Assembly: GCA_021824285.1 (NCBI GenBank)
Contig: JAKAKZ010000001.1
Location: 4,096 to 68,095 of the forward strand
DNA from: a bacterium
GTDB lineage: Bacteria; Patescibacteriota; Patescibacteriia; SG8-24
Length of the DNA: 64,000 nucleotides
Reading direction: 5' to 3'
The notes beneath the pieces are model-generated. The model did no database searches. It was not told the DNA's origin and saw only the letters and a program-made list of their open reading frames with translations. A program made the translations under genes and the position numbers. Position 1 is the first letter of the stretch; each line of letters begins with the position of its first letter. Below are positions 9,848 through 18,467 of the stretch, one piece after another.

Positions 9848-11131
9848 ATGGACCCATCCACCACCGTGCCGGTCCGGTACTGCCTGTACGCTCGGAAATC
9901 TAGCGAACAGGACGAGCGGCAGGCGCTGTCGATCGACGCGCAGATCCAAGAGATAACCGAACTCGCAGTGAGGGAGAAGCTCGAGATCGTCGCCGTCCGC
10001 AAGGAGAGCCATTCCGCGAAGGACTCCGGCGAGCGACCGGAATACAACGGACTCATCACGGACATCCGCACCGGTATCATTAATGGCATCCTCACGTGGG
10101 CGCCTGACCGCCTCAGCCGTAACGGCGGCGACCTAGGATCGCTGGTCGACCTCATGGACCAAGGAAAGCTCGCGGAGATCCGGACACCGAGCCAGCGGTT
10201 CACGAATTCGCCGAACGAGAAGTTCCTGCTCATGATCCTCTGCTCGCAGGCGAAGCTCGAAAACGACAGCAAGGGCGTGAACGTGCGTCGCGGCCTCAAG
10301 GTGAAGGCGCAGATGGGCTGGCGACCGAACATGTCACCTATGGGGTACATCAACACCAAGACAGGCATCAAGGGCGAACAGAAGGTCATCCTAGACCCGA
10401 AGCGCGCGCCGCTCATCAGAGAAATGTTCGAACGTGTGGCGAACCTCGGCCACAGCGGACGGAAGATCAAGGAATGGCTGGACCAGTCCGGCTTTACGAC
10501 GCGCGGCGGCAAGCCAGTGACGCTCAGCAGCATCTTCCTGATGCTCCGAAACCCATACTACTGCGGCAAGTTCGAGTTCCCGAAGGGCGGCGGCAACTGG
10601 TACCGCGTGGCGCACGAGTCGATCGTGACCGAGGGGCTTTTCGAGGACGTCCAGCGGCAACTCTCGCTAGAGAAGAAAAAGACGCCGTGGGGCTCGAAGG
10701 AGTTCGCCTTCACGCGGCTCATGAAGTGCGGGTCGTGCGGCTCCGGCATCACCGCGCAGGAGAAGTTCAAGTCGATGGACGACGGTACGCGCAAGCGCTA
10801 CGTCTACTACCACTGCGGACGGTCGACCGACAAGGAGTGCGGGGAGCCGTATATCCGCGAAGAAGCACTCATCGAACAGCTTATCGCCGTCCTCGACGAC
10901 CTGAAGATTGACCATGCGGTCTCTAAGAAGAAGTTCCAGGAGGAATTCGACCGGAACCGGAAATTTATGGAGTCGATGATGGGGACCCAAGCCATGCCGG
11001 AAGCGCCACGCCTGGACCATAAGAAGTACGTCCGCCACGTCCTGACCAACGGAACGAAAGAAGAGAAGCGCGAGCTTCTCTCTTGCGTAACGTCCGAGCT
11101 TCGCCTCTCCAACAAGGCCATCAGGATCTAG
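9848..11131 (+). CDS. large serine recombinase (resolvase/invertase N-domain + recombinase domain + zinc ribbon)
   Basis: 427 aa; N-terminal YARKSSEQD...LSIDAQ catalytic Ser region, recombinase domain, Cys cluster CGSCGSG...YYHCGRS. Confidence 0.85.
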   Translation: MDPSTTVPVRYCLYARKSSEQDERQALSIDAQIQEITELAVREKLEIVAVRKESHSAKDSGERPEYNGLITDIRTGIINGILTWAPDRLSRNGGDLGSLVDLMDQGKLAEIRTPSQRFTNSPNEKFLLMILCSQAKLENDSKGVNVRRGLKVKAQMGWRPNMSPMGYINTKTGIKGEQKVILDPKRAPLIREMFERVANLGHSGRKIKEWLDQSGFTTRGGKPVTLSSIFLMLRNPYYCGKFEFPKGGGNWYRVAHESIVTEGLFEDVQRQLSLEKKKTPWGSKEFAFTRLMKCGSCGSGITAQEKFKSMDDGTRKRYVYYHCGRSTDKECGEPYIREEALIEQLIAVLDDLKIDHAVSKKKFQEEFDRNRKFMESMMGTQAMPEAPRLDHKKYVRHVLTNGTKEEKRELLSCVTSELRLSNKAIRI

Positions 11132-11685
11132 GTATCCGGCGCAGGCGGGCTGTTATCGACACGATACCTTCCTTCGCCTTCGGCAATGCCTTTTTTTGCC
11201 TTTTGATAAGCGAACCATGGAACCTGGGGACAGCTCTTGTTCAGCTGTTCTTTTTGCTGCGAGAAGTACTTCAGTTTTTCCGTAAGGACTTCCTCGGAGC
11301 TCTCACGCCAGCAGTCAATGGTTCGAAAAATCCGAACCCTGTTCTGGAGGGCGTCATACTCGTTGCCGGCGTTGAGGTGGGCGTTGGCCCGTTCGTTCGG
11401 GTTCAGGAAAGTCATCACCGCCGTGAAGGCCGCGATTGCGATGGCAAAGATCCCACCAACGGCCTTCAGGTTGTCGGACGTGGTCTGCGACGACGCACTT
11501 ACAATCGAGGACATGATAACTGTCGGCACACCGATCCAAAGATGAAACCGCAACCAAAAATGTGCGGCGGCGAAATGCCCCTTGGATGTGTAAAGGGTCG
11601 CCTCCTCAATCCGCTGCGCTTCCTTGATGATCTCCTCTTTGGTGTGACTTACTGGTTGTTCGGCCGTCGTGAGCTGGTCAGCCAT
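11128..11685 (-). CDS. SLATT-like two-transmembrane effector (putative membrane-disrupting CBASS effector)
   Basis: 185 aa from Met at 11685 (M-A-D-Q...), giving an 8-nt ATGGCTGA overlap with the upstream NTase stop; two predicted TM helices (FWLRFHLWIGVPTVIMSSIV; AVGGIFAIAIAAFTAVMTFL) flanked by helical cytoplasmic segments; AT-richer than core. Confidence 0.5.
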   Translation of the reverse strand: MADQLTTAEQPVSHTKEEIIKEAQRIEEATLYTSKGHFAAAHFWLRFHLWIGVPTVIMSSIVSASSQTTSDNLKAVGGIFAIAIAAFTAVMTFLNPNERANAHLNAGNEYDALQNRVRIFRTIDCWRESSEEVLTEKLKYFSQQKEQLNKSCPQVPWFAYQKAKKGIAEGEGRYRVDNSPPAPDT

Positions 11686-12559
11686 ATGCGGGAAAGTAGT
11701 CTCCAAATATCTTTTGCCAGAACTCCATCGCCTCCTGCGTGCGCCCCCGAGCCTCAAGCTCCTCCGCCTTCAATGCCCGCGTATAAGCCGTCTCGAACTT
11801 ACTCATGGCCTCCATGATCTTCTCGGCGGTGTTGATGTACCGTCCTACGTCACCGCCGTATCCGGCTGGATCCAGATTTTGCTTACTGATCAGCTCCTTG
11901 CCCTTCCCGAAGAAATACCTTACGCCCGACGGAAAATCAGAGATGGTGATGCCTTCAAGAATCTGAAGGGCCAACACCTCGAGGTGGAACGACATGAAAT
12001 GGCGCCCGATGTTCTTATTCCACGCCTTGATCATTTTGATAAGCGGGATCAAATCTCCGTTGTGCGCCACGTTCGAGGCACTCACCAAATCGACATGTTT
12101 CTTGGGATCGGTGGAAATCCAATTCTGGCTTACCGAATCCGGAATTAGGAAACCGCCTCCTTGACGATAAAAACCCGGCACAACGTCGACCACGAAGTCC
12201 GTGAAGGCAACGGTGACAGCCTGCCCGTTCCGACTGATGTCCGGGGTCTTGGTGTAGGTCCGACGCAAGGCCCGCTTCACAAGATCAAGGAGTCCCGCCT
12301 GACCACCGTTTTGCCCATTGTAGTTGTGGTAGTACTTGGCACTGAGGACGACGAAAATATCCACATCAGACTCTTTGAGGGGTCCAATCATGGTGCTCCT
12401 GGAGTACGAGCCGGTCAGAAAGGTGTCCAAAACCTCGAGCTCCGCCTCGACGACCTCGCGGACATTCTTCTGCCGCGTGGCCACCGTTGCCTTCTGGAGC
12501 CCGGTAATCTCGAGATTTTCTTTGAATTTTTGGAACGCGGACTGAATCGTGGTTGCCAT
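11678..12559 (-). CDS. SMODS/CD-NTase-like nucleotidyltransferase (cGAS/DncV-like second-messenger synthase)
   Basis: 293 aa; Pol-beta NTase signature G-S...[DE]hD (LTGSYSRSTMIG...ESDVDIFVV) plus third acidic residue in FTDFVVDVVPGF; size and C-terminal helical domain typical of CD-NTases. Confidence 0.65.
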   Translation of the reverse strand: MATTIQSAFQKFKENLEITGLQKATVATRQKNVREVVEAELEVLDTFLTGSYSRSTMIGPLKESDVDIFVVLSAKYYHNYNGQNGGQAGLLDLVKRALRRTYTKTPDISRNGQAVTVAFTDFVVDVVPGFYRQGGGFLIPDSVSQNWISTDPKKHVDLVSASNVAHNGDLIPLIKMIKAWNKNIGRHFMSFHLEVLALQILEGITISDFPSGVRYFFGKGKELISKQNLDPAGYGGDVGRYINTAEKIMEAMSKFETAYTRALKAEELEARGRTQEAMEFWQKIFGDYFPAYG

Positions 12560-12602
12560 ATTTCCGGCATACCTTACAACTCTGTGGCCGTACGCGCAAT
12601 AC

Positions 12603-12633
12603 GAAACCGCGCGGCCAAAAGCCGCGCGGTTTC
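12603..12633 (-). terminator. GC-rich hairpin (GAAACCGCGCGGCC-aaaa-GCCGCGCGGTTTC), likely terminator after tRNA-Asn
   Basis: perfect 13-bp stem followed by U-rich tract on minus strand; separates tRNA from the NTase gene. Confidence 0.45.
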
Positions 12634-12716
12634 TTCCTTCCTGCCAAGGCTCTCCGGTCCAAGCGAACCACGTCCTACGTGGTCACCTGGTACGGTCTGC
12701 CTGAACTAGAAAGTTG

Positions 12717-12791
12717 TGGCTCCGAGGCTGGGATTCGAACCCAGAACCAATGGATTAACAGTCCACTGCTCTACCGTTGAGCTACCTCGGA
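12717..12791 (-). tRNA. tRNA-Asn (anticodon GUU)
   Basis: Minus-strand cloverleaf: acceptor UCCGAGG/CCUCGGA, T-arm CUGGG-AUUCGAA-CCCAG, anticodon stem GUGGA/UCCAU with loop CUGUUAA (GUU), encoded CCA. Confidence 0.85.
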
Positions 12792-12986
12792 ATACGCAAT
12801 TTTCTGAAAGAATGGCCGATTTAGGCAGAGGCAGATTACGGCAAAGAACGGAAAATGGCAAGTGCTGGGATAATCCACAGCGGCAAACTATCGCTAAGCC
12901 ATAAGGCAAAAAGGCAATAGGCGCGCATGGTCTACTGGCCCCAACCTCGTCTTATGGCCTGACAAACCCAAATATGCGCTACTATT

Positions 12987-14318
12987 ATGGCACCAAACCA
13001 CACCTCTATGCCGACCCACGACCAAAAAACGGCCCGGATCGTCCAGGAACTGCGCGCGCGGCGGAGCACCGCGCCGCTTTCGCTCAAGAAGAGGGCCGTA
13101 TCGCACGAGGTCCCCAAACCGGACGACAAGCGGCACCAGGATGAGAAACTCGACATCAGCGACCTCAATGAGATCCTGGAAATCGACCCGGTGGCGCGCA
13201 CCTGCGTCGCCGAACCGGGCGTGACCTTCGTCGACCTGGTCGCGGCCACGCTGCGGCACGGCCTCGTGCCCTACGTCGTACCGGAGCTCAAGACCATCAC
13301 CATCGGCGGTGCCGTCGCCGGCTGTTCAATCGAGTCGATGTCGTACAAGATCGGCGGCTTCCACGACAACTGCCTCGAGTACGAGGTGATCACGGCGCAG
13401 GGCGACATCCTCCTCTGCACGCCCGACAACGAGAACCGCCTGATCTTCCAGATGGTCCACGGGACTTTCGGCACGCTTGGCATCATCGCGCGGCTGAAAT
13501 TTCGGCTCTGCCCGGCCAAGCCTTACGTTCACGTCACCTATGAGAAGTACGGCGACCTGGAGGCCTACAAGGCGGCCATCTGGCGCCATTACCAGGCCCG
13601 CGACGTGGATTTCATGGACGGCATCATCCATTCGCCGCAGGAACTGGTATTGAGCGTGGCCAACTTCTGCGACCGCGCGCCGTACGCGCACCGCTACGAC
13701 TGGATGCGGGTCTATTACTTGAGTACCAAAACGCGCGAGGAGGATTACCTGCGCACCGCGGATTATTTCTTCCGCTACGACAAGGGCGTGACCAATGTCA
13801 CGCCGCGCTCCTTTTTCGGCCGTCTTTTCTTCGGCAAGCTGCTGGACTCCGACGCCATCCTGCGCCTGGTCACCAGGTTCCGCCGCTTCATCCCGGCCAA
13901 GATGATCCCGGTCACGGTGGACACCTTCATCCCCTTCTCCCGCGTCACGCCGTTCCTGGACTGGTACCGGCGCGAGGTGGGCTTCTTCCCGCTCTGGTGC
14001 GTACCCTACAAGCCGTCGCACCGCTACGAATGGATCGACGACGCCTACCTCAAGGGCGCCGACGACGAGCTGTTCCTGGACCTGGCCATCTACGGGCTGC
14101 CGAAGAATCCCGACAAGGACTACTACCGGCTCCTGGAGGACGAGCTCACAGCCGTCGGTGCCATCAAGACGCTTATCTCGACGAATTACTATTCCGAAGC
14201 CGATTTCTGGAAGATCTGGAACCGGAAGAACTATGAGTCGGTCAAGCGGCGGACCGACCCGGACAACCTCTTCCGCGACCTCTACTCGAAGATGTGCCGC
14301 GCGGCCCGAGGCTTGTGA
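12987..14318 (+). CDS. FAD-binding (PCMH-type) oxidoreductase
   Basis: 443 aa; FAD_binding_4-like region (GGAVAGCSIESMSYKIGGFHDNCLEYEVITAQGDIL...HGTFGTLGIIARLKFRL). Confidence 0.7.
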   Translation: MAPNHTSMPTHDQKTARIVQELRARRSTAPLSLKKRAVSHEVPKPDDKRHQDEKLDISDLNEILEIDPVARTCVAEPGVTFVDLVAATLRHGLVPYVVPELKTITIGGAVAGCSIESMSYKIGGFHDNCLEYEVITAQGDILLCTPDNENRLIFQMVHGTFGTLGIIARLKFRLCPAKPYVHVTYEKYGDLEAYKAAIWRHYQARDVDFMDGIIHSPQELVLSVANFCDRAPYAHRYDWMRVYYLSTKTREEDYLRTADYFFRYDKGVTNVTPRSFFGRLFFGKLLDSDAILRLVTRFRRFIPAKMIPVTVDTFIPFSRVTPFLDWYRREVGFFPLWCVPYKPSHRYEWIDDAYLKGADDELFLDLAIYGLPKNPDKDYYRLLEDELTAVGAIKTLISTNYYSEADFWKIWNRKNYESVKRRTDPDNLFRDLYSKMCRAARGL

Positions 14319-14471
14319 GGTGAATTGATGAGGCGGTCCGGGGCCTGCGGCGTCGGCGGCACCGGCAGGACGGCGCTTATCACCGAAGCGATAGGGCACT
14401 GTGAAGGCGGGCATGAAACCCATTCTGGCAAGGCTTCAGGTGAGACTGATAGTCTGGACTTTATTTTCAAT

Positions 14472-14497
14472 CAAAAAGCCGCCTCGCTGGAGGCGGC
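14472..14497 (-). terminator. intrinsic terminator hairpin GCCGCCTC-gctg-GAGGCGGC + T-run (minus strand)
   Basis: perfect 8-bp GC stem followed by TTTTTGATTG on minus strand, just after CPBP gene stop. Confidence 0.55.
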
Positions 14498-14501
14498 AAG
14501 C

Positions 14502-15062
14502 TCACATCCGCATCAGGGCGGCGAACATGATGGAAAAATTGCAGGCCGCGTGCACGGCGACGCAGCAGAGGTAGCCGATGAACACCGAGGGCCGGCTGTT
14601 CCGCACGAACAGGCGGGCAAGCAGAAAGCCGACCGCTCCCTGCATGAACACGTGGATCAGCGAGCCGTGACCGATGCCGAACAGGAATCCGCAAACGACC
14701 AAGGAGACGATCCGGACTGTCCTACCGTCACCGCGGTCGCGGCGCAAGGCGAGTGACAGCGGCAGAAGCCGGAAAACCGCCTCCTCGATCACCGGCGCGA
14801 AGATGACGCCTTCGCCGAAGGTTATCTGGTGCTTGGCGGCCAAAACGGGGGTCAGCCAGCGTAGGCCGCCCAGCGTGGCCGAGAGCGGGTGCAGATAGTT
14901 TCCGGCGTTGGCGTTGGCTATGGCAACCGCGAAGATCGCGATGGTCCACAGCTGCAGCCAGAAAAATGAGGCGCCGTAGGTCGCGAAAACATCCTTCAGG
15001 CGCTCGCGAAAACTCAACGGAACGATTTCCATCTTCGACCATCCGTTCGGAAAAGAACCCAA
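14502..15062 (-). CDS. CPBP-family intramembrane metalloprotease (CAAX protease/Abi)
   Basis: 186 aa polytopic; motifs EEAVFR and FGIGH characteristic of CPBP family. Confidence 0.7.
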   Translation of the reverse strand: MGSFPNGWSKMEIVPLSFRERLKDVFATYGASFFWLQLWTIAIFAVAIANANAGNYLHPLSATLGGLRWLTPVLAAKHQITFGEGVIFAPVIEEAVFRLLPLSLALRRDRGDGRTVRIVSLVVCGFLFGIGHGSLIHVFMQGAVGFLLARLFVRNSRPSVFIGYLCCVAVHAACNFSIMFAALMRM

Positions 15063-15111
15063 AAAGACCTTAACGGTTACCGAAGGGCATGTAAAGCGGA
15101 GATGGCGATCA

Positions 15112-15158
15112 AACGAAAGCGGGGCCGGCCGCCAGGCACGCCCCCGCTTGGTTTTCGT
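15112..15158 (-). terminator. rho-independent terminator downstream of rpoD
   Basis: AAGCGGGGC...GCCCCCGCTT stem followed by U-tract on minus strand. Confidence 0.5.
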
Positions 15159-15184
15159 TCGCCGGTTTCACGGCGAGCAGGCAA

Positions 15185-16477
15185 TCAATAGTAATCGCGC
15201 AGCCGGGCGATGCCCTGGTGGTGCTGCATCTTTTCGAGCGCCTTCGCCTCGATCTGGCGGATGCGTTCGCGCGTCACGTCGAACTCCTTACCGACTTCCT
15301 CGAGCGTGTGGCTGACGCCGTCGAGCAGGCCGAAGCGCATCTCCAGGATCTTCTGCTCGCGCGGCGAGAGGTCCTTGATGACGTCGCGCACGTAATCGCG
15401 CAGCAGCTGCAGCGCGGCCGCCCGGTCCGGCGAGATGTTCTTGACGTCCTCGATGAAGTCCTCGAGCGTGGAGTCCTCATCGTCGTCGCCGACGGACGTC
15501 TCGAGCGACACGGTCTCCTGCGAGATCTGGATGATGTGGCGGACCTTGTCGATCTCCTCGTTCATCTCCGCGGCGATCTCCTCCGGCAGCGGTTCGCGGC
15601 CGAGGTCCTGGATGAGCTGACGCTCCACCTGCTGGAAGCGGTTGATGGTCTCGACCATATGCACCGGGATGCGGATGGTGCGGGACTGGTCGGCCAAAGC
15701 GCGGGTGATGGCCTGACGGATCCACCAGGTGGCGTAGGTCGAGAACTTGTAGCCCTTGCGGTATTCGAACTTCTTGACCGCGCGGAACAGGCCGATGTTG
15801 CCTTCCTGCACCAGGTCGAGGAGTGACAGCGACTTGCCGACGAACTTCTTGGCGATAGAAACGACGAGACGCAGGTTCGCCTCGATCAGGCGGCGTTCGG
15901 CCTCGCGGTCGTTGCGTTCCTTGCGCTTGGCGAGCGCCACCTCCTCGTCCGGAGTCAAAAGCGGAATCTTGCCGATTTCGCGCAGGTACATCTGGATGTT
16001 GTCGGACGAGATGTCGGTGAGGTCGAAGCGCTTCTTCTCCTTGGTGACGCGGATCTTGTTCAGCGCCTCCTCGCGCTCGGCCTGCCGGCCCAGCAGCCCC
16101 TCCTTCAGTTCCACCACCTGCACGCCGATGCCTTCGAGCTTCTGGAGCAGGTCTTCATAAAGCGGCACATATTCCTCCAGGTCAGCGAATACGGACATGA
16201 TCTCGTTCTCGGTCAGGAAGTTGCGCATCTGCGCGCGCTTAAGGAGACCTTCAATAGCCGATGGGCTCGGCGGTTGCGCCTTGACCCGCGCCTGACGAAG
16301 AGGCTTGGCCGCGCCTTTCTTGGCGGGCTTCTTAGCCCCTTTCTTCGCGACCGGCTTCGTGGAGATTTTCTTGAGCTTGGATTTCTTGGACGCCTCTTTC
16401 TTCACAACCGGCTTCTTGGGCGCCTTTTTCCCCTCAACTTTCTTCGGGGCAAGCTTCTTGACTGGTGTTTTGGCCAT
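15185..16477 (-). CDS. rpoD: RNA polymerase sigma-70 factor RpoD
   Basis: 430 aa; Lys-rich N-terminus, regions 2-4 conserved ([51 protein letters not shown]...[16 protein letters not shown]); downstream of dnaG as in MMS operon. Confidence 0.9.
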   Translation of the reverse strand: MAKTPVKKLAPKKVEGKKAPKKPVVKKEASKKSKLKKISTKPVAKKGAKKPAKKGAAKPLRQARVKAQPPSPSAIEGLLKRAQMRNFLTENEIMSVFADLEEYVPLYEDLLQKLEGIGVQVVELKEGLLGRQAEREEALNKIRVTKEKKRFDLTDISSDNIQMYLREIGKIPLLTPDEEVALAKRKERNDREAERRLIEANLRLVVSIAKKFVGKSLSLLDLVQEGNIGLFRAVKKFEYRKGYKFSTYATWWIRQAITRALADQSRTIRIPVHMVETINRFQQVERQLIQDLGREPLPEEIAAEMNEEIDKVRHIIQISQETVSLETSVGDDDEDSTLEDFIEDVKNISPDRAAALQLLRDYVRDVIKDLSPREQKILEMRFGLLDGVSHTLEEVGKEFDVTRERIRQIEAKALEKMQHHQGIARLRDYY

Positions 16478-16544
16478 AGTTGCGGCGGTTTCCCGCCGTA
16501 ATCAGGGCGCAGAGCGCCTCTACAAAAAACCGTGGACTGGCCTA

Positions 16545-18371
16545 TCACTGGAGCAGGCCGTCCAACTGGCGTTGAATTTCCTGGATGCCCGCCTGGTCGC
16601 CGGCCTTTTCGGCCTGGGCCATTTCCTGGCGAAGCTCTTTCTTCCGGCGGTCGATGCGGAGTTTCTGTAGTTCTCCGATCAATCGGTCGAGCGCGTCCTT
16701 CCGCCTCTCGGGCGCCAATTCGCCGAACTCCATTTCAGCGCGGAGTTCTAGGGTGGCGACCAGCTGTGCGGACTCCGCAGTGGGAGCCGGCACCGGCACG
16801 GACGCGGCTCCTGATGAGCCGCCGTTACGTTTCGCAGTATACGCCAGGACGTATTCCGTGTAAAGCTGGCGATAATTCTCCTCAAACTCCTCCGGCAGGA
16901 CCCGGGAAATGGCCTCTTCCGCGAATTCCGGCCACTTATACAGCATGGCCAGCGTGAATTCGGAGACCACGGCATCGCGGGTCTGGGCTTTGGGGAGCTG
17001 ACGGATGCTAGGACTCGCCTCTACGGCCGCGGCTGGCTCTGCGGCGGTCGCGCGGTGGGGCTGGATACGGGATTTCAGCTGCTGCAGGCGCTCGAAAAGC
17101 AGAGAGTCCGGCGTATCGAACAGCCGTGCCGTCTCCCGGATCCAATGGGCCTGTTCGACCGGCTCTTTCATCTTGGCGATTTCCGCGAGAATCTGGTGCG
17201 AGGCCTCCCGTTTGGCTTCGGGATCGTGGAAATCCGTACGCTCCTTGGCCAGCTCCAGGTACCACTCCATGTAGGGTACGGCAGCGGCCACGGCTTTCGG
17301 CCAAAGTTCCGGATGCTGGCGAACGCAATCGTCTGGATCCTTGCCGGCCTCCGGCGGCAGACGCAGCACCCGGACCGTCAGCTCCTGGAGCACGGCCGCA
17401 TCGATGCCGCGCCGCGCGGCCGCCTCCCCCGCCTTGTCGTTATCGAAGGAAAGCACGACGCGGCTAGTGAAGCGCTTAAGGAGCTTGAGTTGGTCATCCG
17501 TGAGAGCCGTGCCGGAACTGGCGACCACGTTCCTGAAACCGGCCTGCTGGACGGACACTACATCCATGTTGCCCTCCACCACGACCGCCAATCCCTGTTT
17601 ACGGATCTCCTGCTTGGCGCGGTCGAGTCCGAAAAGCAGATGGCTCTTGTTATAGACCAACGTCTGGTTGGTGTTGACGTATTTGGCTTCGTTCTCCGGA
17701 TCCTTGCCGTCTGGACCGGGAATGATCCGACCCGTGAAGCCGACGATATTGCCGTGGACGTCGCGGATGGGGAACATCAACCGGTTGCGGAAGCGGTCAA
17801 AGTGGCCGGTGCCGCGTTCGGACCGAGAGACTAGTCCAGCCTTGAAGAGTTCCTCCTCGCTGAATCCCTTGCGCTTAAGGGCGTTAAGCAGGGCGTCCCA
17901 GGTGTCGGGCGCATAGCCGATAAGCCAGTCCTCGATAGTCTCCGGCTTGAGTGCGCGACGGGTGGCGGCGTAAGCGCGGACTTTCTCGGCCACCGGATGC
18001 TTGAGCAGGACCTCATGCCAAAAGCGCGCGGCCATGCGGTTGGCCTCGAGCAGGCGCTGACGTTCCTCGTTGGCCTGCCGATCCTCTGGCTTGAGCTCTA
18101 CGCCGGCCCGCTTGGCTAGAATGCGCAACGCCTCCGGAAAATCCACGCCTTCGATGCGCTGGATGAAGCCGAAGATGTCGCCGTCCTCGCCGCAGCCAAA
18201 GCAGTGGTAGCGCTGGCGATCGACGTTCACGTAGAACGACGGCGTCTTTTCCCCATGGAACGGGCAGCAGGCACGCCAAGCCGACCCGGCTTTCTTGAGC
18301 GGGACGTGATCGGATACGAGCTGGACGATATCCAACTTGGATTTAATCTCTTCGATGACGCCGGAGGACAT
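16545..18371 (-). CDS. dnaG: DNA primase DnaG
   Basis: 608 aa; zinc-ribbon CCPFHGEKTPSFYV...YHCFGCGEDGD, TOPRIM region. Confidence 0.9.
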   Translation of the reverse strand: MSSGVIEEIKSKLDIVQLVSDHVPLKKAGSAWRACCPFHGEKTPSFYVNVDRQRYHCFGCGEDGDIFGFIQRIEGVDFPEALRILAKRAGVELKPEDRQANEERQRLLEANRMAARFWHEVLLKHPVAEKVRAYAATRRALKPETIEDWLIGYAPDTWDALLNALKRKGFSEEELFKAGLVSRSERGTGHFDRFRNRLMFPIRDVHGNIVGFTGRIIPGPDGKDPENEAKYVNTNQTLVYNKSHLLFGLDRAKQEIRKQGLAVVVEGNMDVVSVQQAGFRNVVASSGTALTDDQLKLLKRFTSRVVLSFDNDKAGEAAARRGIDAAVLQELTVRVLRLPPEAGKDPDDCVRQHPELWPKAVAAAVPYMEWYLELAKERTDFHDPEAKREASHQILAEIAKMKEPVEQAHWIRETARLFDTPDSLLFERLQQLKSRIQPHRATAAEPAAAVEASPSIRQLPKAQTRDAVVSEFTLAMLYKWPEFAEEAISRVLPEEFEENYRQLYTEYVLAYTAKRNGGSSGAASVPVPAPTAESAQLVATLELRAEMEFGELAPERRKDALDRLIGELQKLRIDRRKKELRQEMAQAEKAGDQAGIQEIQRQLDGLLQ

Positions 18372-18467
18372 CGTAGTTGGTTGAGAGTCGAGAGTTTAGA
18401 GTTCAAAGTTGAAAGTTTTGGTTCAGTCCAAACTTTCAACTCTCAACTCCGAACTTTCAAACGCCAA

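Noticed and set aside
8240-10012. 590-aa minus-strand ORF antisense to terminase large subunit and recombinase
   Set aside because: Arg/Asp/Pro-rich low-complexity translation typical of antisense frames in high-GC DNA; overlaps two well-supported plus-strand genes.
13326-14423. 365-aa minus-strand ORF antisense to FAD-binding oxidoreductase
   Set aside because: High-GC antisense artefact (Arg/Ala/Val-rich, no motifs); sense gene has clear FAD-binding motifs.
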